Of a stretch of DNA of 64,000 bases, positions 1-14,000 are shown piece by piece. Numbering within the stretch: the first letter of the stretch is position 1; the number at the start of each line of letters is the position of its first letter. The notes beneath the pieces were generated by a model. That model did not search any database, was not told the origin of the DNA, and saw only the letters and a program-made list of their open reading frames with translations. Origin of the DNA: Tubulanus polymorphus (taxonomy: Eukaryota > Animalia > Nemertea); assembly GCF_964204645.1 (NCBI RefSeq), contig NC_134026.1, forward strand, positions 12,423,950-12,487,949. The letters run 5' to 3'. The translations under genes and the position numbers were made by a program.

Positions 1-84
1 TAATATAAAATAAGTTTTTCCACAATTTGTTACACCAGAAATTAACATATTATGAGGTTCAAATATAAATAATTCCTTATTCAT
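1..84 (-). CDS. N-terminus of Polinton DNA-packaging ATPase (A32/FtsK-HerA-like); runs off the window
   Basis: Manual translation from ATG at 84 gives MNKELFIFEPHNMLISGVTNCGKTYFIL, with Walker A GxxxxGKT. It starts immediately after the integrase stop (TAAATG). Not in the ORF track. Confidence 0.85.
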   Translation of the reverse strand, partial: MNKELFIFEPHNMLISGVTNCGKTYFIL

Positions 85-1209
85 TTATATATTTTTAATT
101 TTACTCGATAATATCCATTCATTGAATTTATCTGGCCATCCAACCCATTTTACTAAAGAATATTTTTTTCTATTAACAGTTTTTGTTTTCAATACTTTTT
201 CAATTTTATATTCTTGTTCTCGATTTTCAGTAGTTTAACTTAATTCTTCTTCATAAAAGTACCCATCAACTTCTTCACCATCTAAATCTTCTAATTTATA
301 GACATATGGTTTTGTTGTTATTACCTTTTTCATTTTATATATTTCTCTAGTAAAATTACGATCGTATCCTTTGTCAAATATCTTTTTATACTTAGAAATT
401 CTAACATTTTGACCAACTTTAAATTTAGGTTCACCAAAATCATCTACAAGAAATGCTCCATATAAATTATTCCAATGAATTTCAGCATTTTCAGGTTTTC
501 TAGCATCGGTAGGTTTCATTCCAATAGAAGAATGATAAGAATTATTATAACCTATCAATTTTGGTAAAACAACAATCCATTTAAAAGTGTTATTTGCTGT
601 AAAAGATTTCCACATTCTTGTTCTTAATGTTCTATTAAATCGTTCAACAACTGCTGCTTTTTTATCCGATTTTGTTGAAAAATATTTAATATTATGATAA
701 TCCAAGAGTTCATGAACAGATGAATTATCAAATTCTTTTCCATCATCAAATTGTATTTTTTCTGGCTTTAATTTACCACCTGAAAGAAATTTTCTTAAAA
801 CATTTGATGTTTGTACAGCATCTTTTCTATAAAGTGGGAAGCTCCATACATAACGACTAAAAATATCAATTATATTCAATATCCACCAATAATCATCATT
901 ATCTTTCTAAACATTTTTCATATCAATTAAATCTCCTTGCCACTGTTGATCTACATAACTTACCATAGTTTTACGAGTTTTATATTTTCTAACAATTTTT
1001 TTATGCGATGTATATGTTGGTTGTTCTAACATAAAATCATTTATATCTTTATATTTAACTAAATTTTGTGGGATTATCTTATCTAATTTATCTTGTTTTA
1101 CTTGATGCCATATTTTTTTGGTAGAAGAAAAAGCAACCGAACTCTCAGGGTTATAATATAAATTTCTTAAATATTGTTCTTTAGTATTTCGAGTTTTTTT
1201 ATCCCCCAT
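85..1209 (-). pseudogene. Retroviral-like (rve/c-int) integrase with C-terminal chromodomain, frameshifted
   Basis: ORFs 907-1209 (LRNLYYNPES, QWQGDLIDM) and 235-879 (IIDIFSRY, QFDDGKEF, AAVVERFNRTL). Beyond a frameshift: EYKIEKVLK...YSLVKWVGWPDKFNEWI, a chromodomain ending at 85. Confidence 0.93.
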
Positions 1210-1239
1210 TTATATATCGTTAATTTTAACTTTATATTT

Positions 1240-2027
1240 TTAATATTGAATACTATGTAATTGAGAATTTATGATATTTAATTGCGCATCAGATATAAGA
1301 TAAATGTGCATTTTGTAATTTAAACCTCATTTTTTCTTTTTCATGAATAATTGTATCCCGTCTTTTGTGTTCTTCTCAGAACCATGTAATAAGTTATCCT
1401 CTGTTCAAATGTTTTTACTTTTTCATTCATAAAATGTTTTTAATTTCTGGCCACTGGTCAATCATTCTCATTCATTGGCAAAATATCTTATTTGCTATGG
1501 CTTCGACAGTTATTTCTACTTTTGATATTTCTGGATTATAATTATCAACATTTATTGCGCCATTAGAATATGTTGCAATGGTAAAAAATATTAATACGCC
1601 TTTAATAGATCTTCTTGGGAAGTTAATATTCTCATTGATCATTTGCATTAAAAGTTACAATTTTAGATTTCTTTAATATAATCATATAACAATGAAAATC
1701 CTTCATGATATTGAGTTTGAATTGTGCTCGCAATATTTTCATCAGTTACTGTATCATATTCTAAACATATATTTGATAATTTATAACCCATATCTTTAAC
1801 GACACTTGATAATACAATTTCATTAACAGGAGAAAATTTTATTTCAAATATAATATCTTCTTGAATTGCATATTTATATAAAGGCGCATTATTATTCATC
1901 AATTCAAAATCTAATGGAATTTCATATTTGCTTCCATAAATCGTTTTAATCAAATTATCTATGCCATTAGTTACTACTGCATTATTAGCTTCTGATCTTA
2001 ATTTATTTTGATTTTCTGATTGGATAA
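1240..2027 (-). pseudogene. Major capsid protein (double jelly-roll), C-terminal part, degraded
   Basis: Homologous to 48398-49628 (YGSKYEIPLDFEL...YKLSNICLEYDTV...HIYLISDAQLNI). The 5' part is removed by a deletion. Confidence 0.8.
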
Positions 2028-2044
2028 CAATTTTATTCTATCTT

Positions 2045-3589
2045 CTAACTAATTCCACATCCTGTTGTAGCACAATAAACTGCAAAATTTAATTGGTTCT
2101 GCCAATATTTCATATTAGATTTTAATAACCATTGTTTTTCATCTTTCAATTTTTTTAAATTAATTAAATATACATGAAATATATTTTCCATCTTTGCATT
2201 AAAATTATAAGTTTCAGTAACATAAATATCTAAATTAATTAATGAATTTAAAACTTCATTTCTATATGAAATATCTTTATTAAAATCTATTGCAGGAATA
2301 TTATATTTAATTGATTTATTATATTGGAAAGCTTTTGGAAAACTATCTACCATTTATATAATAAAGAATTAATAATTTATTAATTCTTTTAATAATTTAT
2401 CTTGTTCTTCAACTGTTATATTACCATTTAAACTCATTATATAATCTAATGTATTTTTTAATTAATTAATTTCTTTTATATTAGATTTTATTTTTTCTTT
2501 ATAACTTTTTATATTTAATTTTGAACTTATGCCGGTTGATACACTTGAACTTAAACCTAAAGCTCCAATTGAGATAGCTAAAGGTGTTAATGGTGAGAAT
2601 ATTGCTTGAAATGTTATTACAGAACTTATTGTAACTGAACTACTAATTTAAATAATATATAATTTTACTTTTTAAATATTTTTTCTTTTTAATTTTTAAA
2701 TCATTTTCAAATTATAATATATAATATAATATTATTTCAAATTATAATATTTGTTTTTCCAAATACACTTTTAATTTAGTTTTATTTATATCATGAGGAA
2801 TAATATCAATTTTGTCTTTTTTCTCTATATTCTTCTACTGCTCTATTGTATTTCTCTAAAGCTAAGTTATGTCTTCTTTGTTCTGCTAATGAACTATTTT
2901 TATCAATGTGCTTAAATGAATAACCACCACCAGTAAATGCTAAAGCTTTGACAATTGCCGATCCTATAATAGTTATAATTGCAGATGACATTTATTTAGT
3001 AAAAAATTATGGATTTATATAGGAGGAATATATTTTTGTTTTTCTAAATAATCAATTGTTAAATTAGATAAAGTTACTGCTAATGTTCATTTCAAAATAT
3101 CATTGATATCATATTTATCAACATTAATACTTCCCATTTTAAATACTTTTTTTAATACCATTGTATAACCAACAGTTCCCACTGATAATAATGCTCCATT
3201 ATATAAACCAGTTAAACTATCCACTTCTTATCCGCCATTTATTTAGAAAAATAATTACTATCTTCAAAATATTTAGTTATCTTTTTTATAATTATTTCAA
3301 CATTTACAATATTATTAGTTTCATTTTCATATATTTCAGTTATTATTTTTCTAATATCATCAATAATAAAAACTTCATCTAATTCATAAAATCTTAAAGA
3401 CTCTCTAATTAAATCGGTAATCTTTTCTATATTAAAAGTTTCTTTATTTTTTGTTGTTTCATAATCAAATGTTGTTTCATCATGCAATATTTTAATATGT
3501 GTTATTACATCATTAATGTTAAATTTCATTTCTTTCTCACGTTTAAAATCAAATCCAAAACATATACTCGGTCCTACTGTTATATTCAT
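2045..3589 (-). pseudogene. Cluster of conserved small Polinton ORFs (homologs of 51.4-54.2 kb genes), degraded
   Basis: KYWQNQLNFAVYCATTGCG (2045-2353), hydrophobic ORF ~2375-2800, ALAFTGGGY (2806-2991), ORF starting 3238 and ORF 3239-3589. Same order as in copy B. Confidence 0.75.
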
Positions 3590-3605
3590 TTATATAGTGA
3601 AAAAA

Positions 3606-4349
3606 TCATTCTTTACATCTTATAACTAATTCATAAATTACAAGAAAATTATTTAAATCAACTAAGTATCCATTATGATTTCTAATTTCTAATTTCTAAT
3701 CTAAAATTATTAAACTTTGGAATACAAGGTTTGAAATCACATTCAGCTAAATTATAATTTATTTGCGTTTTAAATTGTTTAACATTTTTTAAAGGTGAAA
3801 TATTCAATATACTAGAATTAAAGTTTTTACAGGGTCAATTAAATTGCAATAAATATAAAAGTGTGTAAAAGGCATTAAGTTTGGTGTAGCTTTGGCATTA
3901 CGTATCCTTACATCTGACTTAATTCCTAACAGTTTAGCTATTCCTAACAGTTTTTTAACCACAAATTGATGTTCATCATTAGCTTACTTAATTCTTACTT
4001 CATTATTGATATCACTTTTTAAAAATTTAATTCCAAATCCAACAGAACCTCCGATTTTGAAACGAGCTCTTTCATTAATTTCTTGCGCTAATGTTTCTAA
4101 ATTAAATAATCCAGGTTTTAAAAATAGATGATACCATTTATTCAAATTTCTAGCATGAACTAAAAAAGCTGAATGATCAAGACTTTTATTCGATATATTG
4201 TAAAAAGAGTTACATAAACTTACATTTACTAATTTTAAATCAACTCAATTTTTAAATTCTCTTTCTAATTGTACTTGTTAATTATGAGATTTATAATTTG
4301 TAAGTTTTCTAGAATCAACAAATATTCTATATTCTTTTAATTTAACAAT
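3606..4349 (-). pseudogene. Minor capsid (penton-like) protein, degraded
   Basis: EYRIFVDSRKLTNYKSHN...SLCNSFYNIS...PNLMPFTHFYI...EIRNHNGYL; homolog of 54218-54965. Confidence 0.7.
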
Positions 4350-4417
4350 TATTTATAACACAAAAAAATTACATCGAACCATTAAAAATTAATTTTAATA
4401 ACATTTTTCCTAAATAA

Positions 4418-5724
4418 ATGGATGAGAAGATAGGATGTGAAATTTGTGGTGAACTTCAAAGAAAAAGTAATATGGCTCGACATATGAAAAAACATGATGA
4501 AAATTATAAACCCCCTAAAATAAACTGCCCAACTATTCTCAAGAAATTATGTTAAAAAACATTCAGAGAAGTGTAAAATTAATGACTCAACGGTTAATGT
4601 TGGTAGTAACGAAAGTAATAATAATTCTGTTGAAACTGAACCTGAAAATATTTGGAAAAGACCTTTTTTATTCTATGATGAGAATAATATAAAAGATCAT
4701 TTCTGTGAGCATTGTCGAATAAAATATAGCCCTGAAAATATAGAAGATTGGGAGAATCATCAATTTCGTAAAGCACATATAGATAAAATTTTTAATAAAT
4801 TTGAAGCAGAATTCAATGAAAGAAAAAATAATATATTAGAAAACATAAAATATGAGAAAAACGTTGCCAGATAAAATGAAGAAACACTTGAAAAGTTGGA
4901 AAAACAATATAATTAATTAGTAAGAAAAACATATTATTGCAAATATTGTAAATTCAAATCTACATAATAAAACAATAAAACATAAAGAAAACGTCAGAAA
5001 ATACCAAGAACTTAATGAAGATCTATTACCAAGATATGATAGAAAAAAAATGCCCACAATGTATTTATTTATGTGTACTTAAGACAAGAAGATTCTTTGA
5101 TATTTTTTAATGAATGTGGATGGCGAAGAAATTTATGGGGTGATGAAAAAACTAGAGATATTCTTATAGAACCAATATTAAAATATCTAGATGAAATTTT
5201 TAAGATATTTTCTATGGAAGATCATACACAAGAATATAAGCAATGGCTTGAAAAAATGAAAATGATAGAAAATAAAAATGGTGAAAAAACTAAGAAAGAT
5301 ATAATAAAAGACAATTATTCCATCAACATATAGCACAAAAGAAAAGGAAATTTATTTATATTTATTTTTAAACGATTATTATAAAAAACCTAAATTAACA
5401 AAAGAAGATTTGGAAAATATAAAAGAAACATTCACAAACATATCAAAATATTATGTGGATAATAAAATAACAGATTCAATTAATTATGAATTCTTTTTGA
5501 ATAAGATTGTACATTTTTTAAACATTGATATTATAATTCCATTTGATGAATTACCAAACAAAAAGAAACAAAGAAAGCGAGATAAAATGTGGAATAATAT
5601 AGAATTTTATTCAAATGAGAAAAATGAAATGGAAGAACCTAAAGAAATTATAGAAAAACAATTTGATGAAAGTGAAGAAACCAATAGTGATTTCGAGTAT
5701 GATGATATTGATTTTCTGTTTTAA
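4418..5724 (+). pseudogene. C2H2 zinc-finger-containing Polinton accessory gene(s), frameshifted
   Basis: From ATG 4418: MDEKIGCEICGELQRKSNMARHMKKH; later HFCEHCRIKY...ENHQFRKAH; downstream ORFs 5073-5333 and 5410-5724. Confidence 0.55.
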
Positions 5725-5809
5725 TGGCCATAAGGTAATGTTTTTATTCCATCACCCAAAATATATCTTTTATCGTCGAATGGATTTAAGGTAGTTTTTT
5801 CAACTTCTA
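5721..5809 (-). pseudogene. C-terminus of protein-primed DNA polymerase B (copy A)
   Basis: Translates EVEKTTLNPFDDKRYILGDGIKTLPYGH*, the typical Polinton pPolB end. The upstream part is replaced by unrelated DNA. Confidence 0.85.
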
Positions 5810-8800
5810 ACTTCAAACTAGTGTTTCATTCGACTACTGTCTTGCAACAAATCCTGCCTATGTATATTTCTCACATTCATCTGAAAGTTCATATCTTATA
5901 AAAAATGTTCGATGGTGAGGTCTATGTATGATGATGGGACGATTGATATTAAGATTGTCGGAAAGGCTACTTCCAGAGTGGGCGTGACGTCCCAAGGCTT
6001 TCAAGTTTTCATATTCCCCATTGATTTACGTAAGCTTATAAACTTGCTTCTCGATTTCTATCACGTCATTATAATCAATCACTATCAACGTGACGCCATA
6101 TGATCAGCTATTCTCAACTGCTGATCTGCTGAAAACCTATTCCTTGACAGCATGCAAGACACAGTGATTTCACTATCAATGGAGCCTTATTTTCGAATAT
6201 CACGATGTAGTGATACGATATCTGTTTATTGCTGATCAAGATTGAATACGTGTGGCACCTTGAATTGGGCAACATCAAAATGTGCGTCATATTAAAAGCT
6301 TTCTACAGTTGGTTGTTTTCTAAGATGTATTGCCATCGGAGGCCATTGGAGAAACGATTGCCATCAGACAAACGATGAATTCGCCTTGAAGTGAACAAGT
6401 TACATACTTAGAAGCAACAATATCAATTCTTTACGGGATACCAAATCTTTCGGTCTGCATTGGCATCCTCTTAGTTGATAGGATTTACGACACTTAATTG
6501 TAAGGATTTTTACGCCAAAAGATAAACTGAAATCATTTCAAGCCTCACTAAAGCCAGCAAACCATTTTTGTCTGATCAAACAATTGTTGGTGAATGCCGA
6601 CTAAACACGTCTCGGCGATTCGAATCTTTTGAGGTTTCAATACAGATGAAACAAGTCTTATCATAGCGAAATTCTCAGAAGTTCATGAAGGCATAGGGCT
6701 ACCAGCTCTCAAAGTAATTACGTTTGCGTAAAAAAATTCTTTACCGTATCTCCTCCAACCCCGTGTACATACTTTCCTGTCGCTTGCTATGGGAAGTTTG
6801 TCGGTACTGCAATCAAAATACCTCGATTCATTGACGTTCCACAGCCATTTAAAAGAAGTTTAGCTTCAATTCGAAATAGCGAAACAAGGGAAAGGACTAA
6901 TTGCTAATCATATTTAGGCCTAGGCTAACTAAATGCAACTAATTGAAATAATGCACAATCATTCAAAACATCATCTGTATATAGTTATTCCTGAGCTGAC
7001 ATTGTCTTTATTCATATCTTGTTCGAAAAAATAATTGCGATCCACCAGTGAATCAGCGTGATAAAATCTGGGGGGGGGGGGGGGGTTGTCTGATTTGATT
7101 CGGGGAATGGTTGGAAACTGCAGCAACATGTGATTGAAATATCAAATACGAAATATTCTCTTGTCAGTCGATGATACAAGGTAAAAATTCTGTTGCTAAT
7201 CATATTCATCTTACGTCGAGAAGTTGTTCAGCCCCCCAGCGATCGTTATAATCAAAGCTGGATAAACTACGGAAAGAAAATAATTAGAAATAAGATTCGC
7301 CCACTCCCCAACGTTATTTGTGGTGACTGTACGAATTCTGTATGCAGCAAAAACTGAATGTTGATTATTCCAATCGAATTTTTGAAGATGCCAGATTGGA
7401 TACAAAACCATGTGTGAAGCGATGCACACTGCTCTTTTCCTCCCCTCACTCCCTCCCTCCCCCTCAACCATCCCCTCCCTCCCCATCCCCATCCTAGTGT
7501 TCTAATTCGATAATTTTTTTCCGAGGGGGAAAATACCTCAAAATCCATGCATTTTTAGTTCATATAAGAAGCAAAAAAATTACTTCTCTTTCAGTAATGG
7601 CTTACAAGGGTAAATAATTCGTTGGTATAAAAAGGATAGGGAGACTTGATAAGTGGTTTAACCTGCTTGCACAAATAAATATTTGAACGGATAGTATCAG
7701 GCGTCGTTTGTCATGATTAGTTTCATTGCTGCGAGAAGGCGAATTGCCACTTGATGAATTCTCGGTATTACCTAGCAGGGAGACGATTTCCGGCAGGTTG
7801 TCTCAGTAAAAGTGATGTAAGTTCATCTGCCACCACAGCAGTGAATAATTGACTGACGTACCGGTATTAATAGTGATTAGTGAATCCAAGTGAGTTCAGT
7901 GAGTTCAGTATACCAATAGCTTTCTGAGGAAGGCCCGCGGCGGGGGCAGGGGGCTGTTAAATCAAGTGCCACGAGCCCGAGGCGAGCGGAAACGAACATC
8001 GTAGGTGCGAATAAATCCGGGAACCTGTCGGTCCTCCCCCAGATCGATACCTTGCGCGAGTGTCTATGCGCGTTAAATGAGCTCTATCAAGCGAATTTGG
8101 TATAGCTTAAATCCAATGCACTGGCTCAGACAATTTGACGGAAAGTTTTGTTCCATGGTTTTGTATCTAGCAATTTCTAATTCAAATCTATTCTCAGTAT
8201 TACGTCGGTGAATTCGACATTCTGATTTGTAAACAGTCACAGCTAATTGCAAGTCATTAATATTAGATAGTTTAAGACTTTAAAACGTTATAAATTAACA
8301 ATAAAGAATTGATATGCAGAACACATTATATTAACGCCAATGGGAAAACTTCGAGATTGGCCTCAGGAAAGTCTGCGACCGTGACGAACTGTCGCAGCAA
8401 TAATCATGCAGACGGTGAGATGACTGCAAATTCTTGCAAATTGGTGTCATGTTTATATCAGATAAGGCCATAATTTACATATGATAACCAATAATGCGAG
8501 ATCTATTGAAAAGTGTTAAGCTGCAGTAGAAGAAAAAGAAATGTCATAAATTAAACACACTGAATGCTGAATATTTACATGGTTCTGATCTGATCTGGAA
8601 AGGTACAACGAAAAGAGGCGTTGTGACATCTGTCATTGTCAGGTTTGCACAGAGCATGGAACCATCGGCTGACTGTACGACATCCAAGCCTCTCGCCGGA
8701 CGTTTTTGCGCCACCTAAAAAATCTTGAAGTCCTCACCGACAAGGGGCCCTCGCCGAACCAGGAACACACTATATAGACGCTGGTGGTGCCTAGAAGATC

Positions 8801-9099
8801 ATCTACAAAACCTCAAGCAAGATTATCTCCGCGGAAATCGCGGTATCGAAAATTATTGGAATGCTGTTGCGCATCTGAAAATACAACTGATTGTTCGAAT
8901 GACGCTTGTCATGTCAATGAGGATGCTGTACTTTTATTTAACGACAATCTCGATCTTTCAACCTGTAACTTCAAATTATGCGCTCTATTTCATATAAAAC
9001 GTAAGTAAGTAATACAACCCTCGAGAATCGCGCCACTCTAAAATGAAATAAAAAGCAGCGTGATCCTATACTTATGAGTAAGTTTTTAATTATATTTTC

Positions 9100-9284
9100 A
9101 TACCAAATTTAACTGAGTTAACAATTTTTAAGAAGTATTTAATTACAAATATTGAAACAATTGCTAATAGATATGGTAATAAATTAGTAATTCATTTAGA
9201 ATATGAAGGATTAAAAGGAAATAAATATAAATTCAGAACGTATTTGCCTGATAGATTTCATAGATTATCTAGTGAAGATATTGA
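9100..9284 (+). pseudogene. Fragment of the Polinton TIR-encoded 117-aa gene
   Basis: KYLITNIETIANRYGNKLVIHLEYEGLKGNKYKFRTYLPDRFHRLSSED matches 22925-23278. Confidence 0.85.
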
Positions 9285-9579
9285 TTTCGGCTTAGCAAGC
9301 GACCGTAAAGAGTGACTATATCCTTGAGCCATGCATCAACGACGTAACACGTTCCGTTACAATATGAGCTTAAAAATCAGTTTTATTGCGGGAAAACTAC
9401 AAGCATCTATAGACAGAATGATTTATTCCATTCGAAATCTATATCATGGTGATATCATAGAAATGTGTAGATATATATTAAATATTTTTTATACATGTAA
9501 TTGTAATTGTATGTATAAAAACATTGATCCAGCCTGCCCGTAGAGGCGGGGCTTTTCCCAATATGGAACTTCCGATTAT

Positions 9580-9614
9580 CTCGACAAAGTCTCGAGGTCC
9601 ATGGACCTCTTGTT
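9580..9614 (+). mobile_element. Probable Helentron/HINE 3' end
   Basis: 16-bp palindrome GAGGTCCATGGACCTC followed by TTGTT, abutting an integrase fragment. The 5' end was not identified. Confidence 0.5.
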
Positions 9615-10302
9615 ACTTTTTCAATTTTATATTCTTGTCCTAGTTTTTCAGTTGTTAAACTTAATTTCTTCCATAAGAATACCCATCAACTTCTCCACCA
9701 TTTAAATCTTCTTATTTATAGACAAACGGTTTTGTTGTTATTACTTTTTTTATATTATATATTTCTCTTCTAAAATGACGATCGTATCATTTATCAAATA
9801 TCTTTTTATATTTTTTGAAATTCTTACAGTTTGACCAACTTTATGTTTAGGTTCACTAAAATCATTTACAAGATATGCACCATATAACTTATTCCAAACA
9901 CTTTCCGCATTTTCAAGCGTCAATAGGTTTCATTCCAATAGAGAAATGATTTGAATTATGACATCCTTCTGTTAATTTTGGTAAAATATCAATCCATTTT
10001 TAAGTATCATTTGCTGTGAATATCTTGTTTTTAAAATTCTATTAAATCGTTCTACAACTGCTGCTTTTTTATCCAATTTTGTAATATTTAAAAACATTTA
10101 ATATTATGGTAATCTAAGAGTCCATGAATAAATGAATCATCAAATTCTTTTCCATCATCAAATTTTTTTTCTGGTTTAGATATATGTGAAAGAAACTTAA
10201 TCTTAAACTATTGATGTTTGTGCAGCATCTTTTCTCAATAGTGTGAAACTCCATACATAACGACTAAACATATCAATTATATTTAATATACCAATAATCA
10301 TT
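9615..10302 (-). pseudogene. Second Polinton integrase fragment, heavily degraded
   Basis: Colinear nucleotide similarity to ~195-900, with many indels. Confidence 0.88.
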
Positions 10303-10403
10303 CGGTTCCTGAACTTCGCTAAAACGCTGAAACACTGAAACGCTGAAATGAAAACGCTGAATTTCAGGGAATTCCCGAAAACGCTGAAATCGTGCTAGGA
10401 ACC
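10303..10403. repeat. Short inverted-repeat-bounded transposon end with ACGCTGAAA repeats
   Basis: CGGTTCCT...AGGAACCG flanking about five (A)CGCTGAAA-like units. No TSD found. Confidence 0.4.
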
Positions 10404-10699
10404 GACAATACGTTTTGTTTCTTTTTCCGGGTCGTTGTCCGATGCCAAGTCATGAACCGTGCTTTAGTCTCTACCTAATTTTCGGTAGTAGAGACATGGA
10501 TGAACAGTGTGTGTGTAGTATACTTCTTGGAGCCACTTCTTGGACAAATTAATTCGCTTAAACTTCGGATTTTCAATGCATACAAGCAGCAGGAAATGAG
10601 GAAAACCCATTCAGAAACCGTGCAAGCCAACTTAAACACTATGCTCAGACGCAAAAAAATTGAAAGTTTCAAATGTATAAAACAACCCCTGTGAAGCTG

Positions 10700-11020
10700 G
10701 CTCCCGGTTCCCGGTTCCTTATTCGGCTCCCGATTCAAAATGCTTTTGAACCGGGAGCCGAATCGGGAACCGGGAGCCGGCTACTGGTTCAGCTTCCGAT
10801 TCAAAATGCTTTTGAACCGGGAGCCGAATCGGGAACCGGGAACCGGGAGCCGGCTACTGGTTCAGCTCCCGATTCAAATTGCTGTTGAATCGGGAGCCGA
10901 ATCGGGAACCGGGAGCCGGCTACTGGTTCAGCTCCCGATTCAAAATGCTGTTGAATCGGGAGCCGAATCGGGAACCGGGAACCGGGAGCCGGCTACTGGT
11001 TCAGCTCCCGATTCAAAATG
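10700..11020. repeat. Subterminal tandem repeats (~59-66 bp units built from GGGAACC/GGGAGCC), mirrored at 20340-20525
   Basis: Visible repeats; they generate the spurious REPNREPG ORFs. Confidence 0.9.
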
Positions 11021-14000
11021 TGAAGCTGGCTACTTATTCGCCAGGTGGCGCTGGTATACACTATGCCGTAGTCCAGACATTTTACGTAACTATGTCTACT
11101 CTGCTGATAAAGTCGACCTCGACCTTGACAACAAATCGCCAGGTGATGGCGCGAGCCAATCCAGACGTCTAAACACGATTGCGTATGCGACCGCGAGAGC
11201 GGTCAGCTGTATGTAGTTATACGTCTTTAAGCTGCGTCTATTAATAACCATAACTTGGTTTAAGAACGTGCGTATTGCTCGGTCGTTTTTCTCGTCACCG
11301 AATCGACTTCTCATATGTTATTCGCCTCTTTAATCATTTAATCAATAAACCATCGATTGTTCCCGAGCTATAGGGTATGGATTAGTCAGCACTGAAAGGG
11401 TTAACAAGAGAGAAAGTTTCTAACGAAAGTTATCGAATCCCCAAGAAAACAATATCTGCAAGCCCATGAAATTGTAAGATATAAAATAAACAGACGCTTT
11501 CTGCCTACCGTATAGATCACCCTTCATGCAGGGTAAATCCATTGTCAAACATGAAAAAACAATCACTTCAATATTCTATTAAACTTAATATTTTCCTATC
11601 TATCAAATTCCATAGAAAAAATACCGGGAACCGGTAGCCGGCTCCCGGTTCAAAACCATTTTGAATCGGGAGCCGAACCGGGAACCGGGAACCGGTAGCC
11701 GGCTCCCGATTCAAAATGTGAAGCTGGCTACTTATTCGATTCGACTCTATTGCGGACGGGTAAATGTTATGATTGCGTAACTATGGTGTCTGCTCTCAAG
11801 TGCTAACCGCAACCTTGACCACCAGTCGAGACGAGGCCAATCGAGACGTCTAAACACATCGCGCAACCAGGTGTGCTGACCGCGAGCGTTGCCCGGAGCG
11901 TTGACCTGCACTTTGACTCAGCAACTCATAATATCTTCTTTCATTCATTGAAGGTTTTGTGAAATAAGCGAAATCCTCGGAAATTTCTTTCCTTTTAAAA
12001 ACTGCCAGCTGCTGCTAATACGTCATCATTCCGATATGAGTGTATGAAGCTACGAGATAGATTGTACGCGTGACTTGTGATATGTAGTTTTTCCCACAGC
12101 CAAATGGGTTAATGCCCTGGGCCCGGTTTAGGTGATAATTCGAATTGAAAGTGCTTTATTCTAGTTAGTGAATTCGATGATTAAATCTCTTTCACAAACG
12201 CTAATTAGGGAAGAATTTACTAATTTGAAGTATCTACAAATAGAAGTCTAATACCTGGACACAACAAATCACCAGGTGATGGCACGAGCCAATTCAGACG
12301 TCTAAACACGATTGCGTAAACATTTCTGCTGATAAGAGCTATAGGTAACCTCTACCTCAACCACCATAACAAAGTGGAAGCCAATGGAGACGTCTTAACA
12401 AACACCACGTGCGTGCCGATGTCTGCAACTCTAGTAAATATTTGATCAGAACAGAATTAGAAAAGAATGGATTTATTTTCACCATTTCACCCAACATTTG
12501 AATGCTTGAGGAGGACAAAATTATTTAAAATTACATGTTCAACTGAATGAATTTTTTTATGAATACCTGTTAATTGATTTAATTTGTTTGCAACGGAAAA
12601 TTTTCAGCCTTTGGCAATAATTAAAATGTCTGCTGATTGTGGTTTAACACGAAACATTTGGACACATCAATTTATGACTAACCAATTAATGACAAACATT
12701 TAAAGGATTAAAACATAATTTCCGTGACCTGTTTAAGAAAATATGTCTGTCATTGATTCTTATGCCCCGCTCGAAATATTTTATTTGGTGAATCCTATTG
12801 TGTGTTCCTTGAGGTACCCCATAAAAAGTACGTATTGCAATATCGCTTTGAAATCCTTAATGCTTTGATATTTTGGAAAAACCTTTCAAACCTTCACGGC
12901 CGTTAGGCTAAATCTAAATTTCAGTTTATAGCGTAATATTTTCGTCTGTGTGCAATGGCAATCGTTTGAATGGCGAATAAATTCGTATTCAATTCAGATG
13001 TCTCTAACGCGTTTGCATAACTATGTCAGATGCTGGCGAGCGGTTACCTCGACCTTGGCCACCAGATAAGGCGAGCTGTCAATCAACACCACGTCTTGCC
13101 GAGGTCAGTGGTTTCAAAGTTGCTATGCGCAAGTATACGGTATTCCTTAGTCCATACGTCTTTTCGTATGTCTGGTGATCGAGCGGCAGATAACACTGCT
13201 CAATCAGATGGTCTAGACTGTGGCTTCTCTAATATCTGGACACATCCAATCTTAAAAAACCACAATCAGCAAACATTTTCATTATTGCCAAAGTTGCCAA
13301 AGACTGAAAATTTTCCGTTGCAAACAAATTAAACAAATTAACAGATATTCATTGAAAAAATTCATTCAGTTGAACATGTAATTGTAAATAATGTTATCCT
13401 CCCTCAAGCATTGAAATGTTGGGTGAAATGGTGAAATTAAATCCATTCTTTTCTAACACACCAATGTATTCAGTTATCGCGACTCACAGGATAACTTGAC
13501 CGATCGGATGGATTTTATTTGTCAGTTTGCTAATCGACCTAAGTGACACCGCTTGCCCGGTCGTAAGAAGCCAGGTGTCCTTTTATTTAAGCATATCAAT
13601 CGGATTGCCCCGTGCTCTATTAGATATTGTGAACGAATCTAGTTTTCAAAATGATATTATTTTTTATGATATTATTGTTTTCTCTGCATGTCTGCTGAAT
13701 ATTTGTAAACGAAATTTGGCCAGCACATACCATGGAAATAGTTATCAATAGAACAATAGAAATGATGTTTTATTCTCTGAAGAACCATGTTGGTGCCGGG
13801 ACATTTCCTCACAGAGGGAGACATCTTCAGCGAAATGGCTGATGATGTGTTTATATTTCAGTTTGTTATGATTTTATATGTTATACTTAATCCAATGCCT
13901 AATTCTAATAATTATTCATATTTTGGCATTTTTGAGAGCTATGCAAACCACTCTTAGTACGGTATACAAAGTTTGTTTGAAATCAAAAGAGAATAAATTT

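Larger units (their letters stand above)
1..5809. mobile_element. Polinton/Maverick copy A (degraded, termini not seen)
   Basis: AT-rich intronless gene cluster: ATPase start, rve integrase plus chromodomain, MCP, small membrane proteins, penton-like gene, C2H2 gene and pPolB C-terminus. Structural genes are homologous to those at 48.4-55 kb. Confidence 0.9.

Noticed and set aside
5810-8600. Possible transposase and MITE remnants (poly-G/C tracts, GC-rich 7930-8060)
   Set aside because: Too degraded to define ends, TSDs or protein motifs.
8725-9008. Cys-rich ORF ending at a GTAAGT donor
   Set aside because: Possibly an exon, but no recognisable domain or partner exons.
10673-11216. ORFs with REPNREPG/GAESGTG repeats (also 20184-20532), and a possible CRISPR-like array
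   Set aside because: Translations of subterminal tandem repeats; there are no unique spacers, no cas genes, and the context is eukaryotic.
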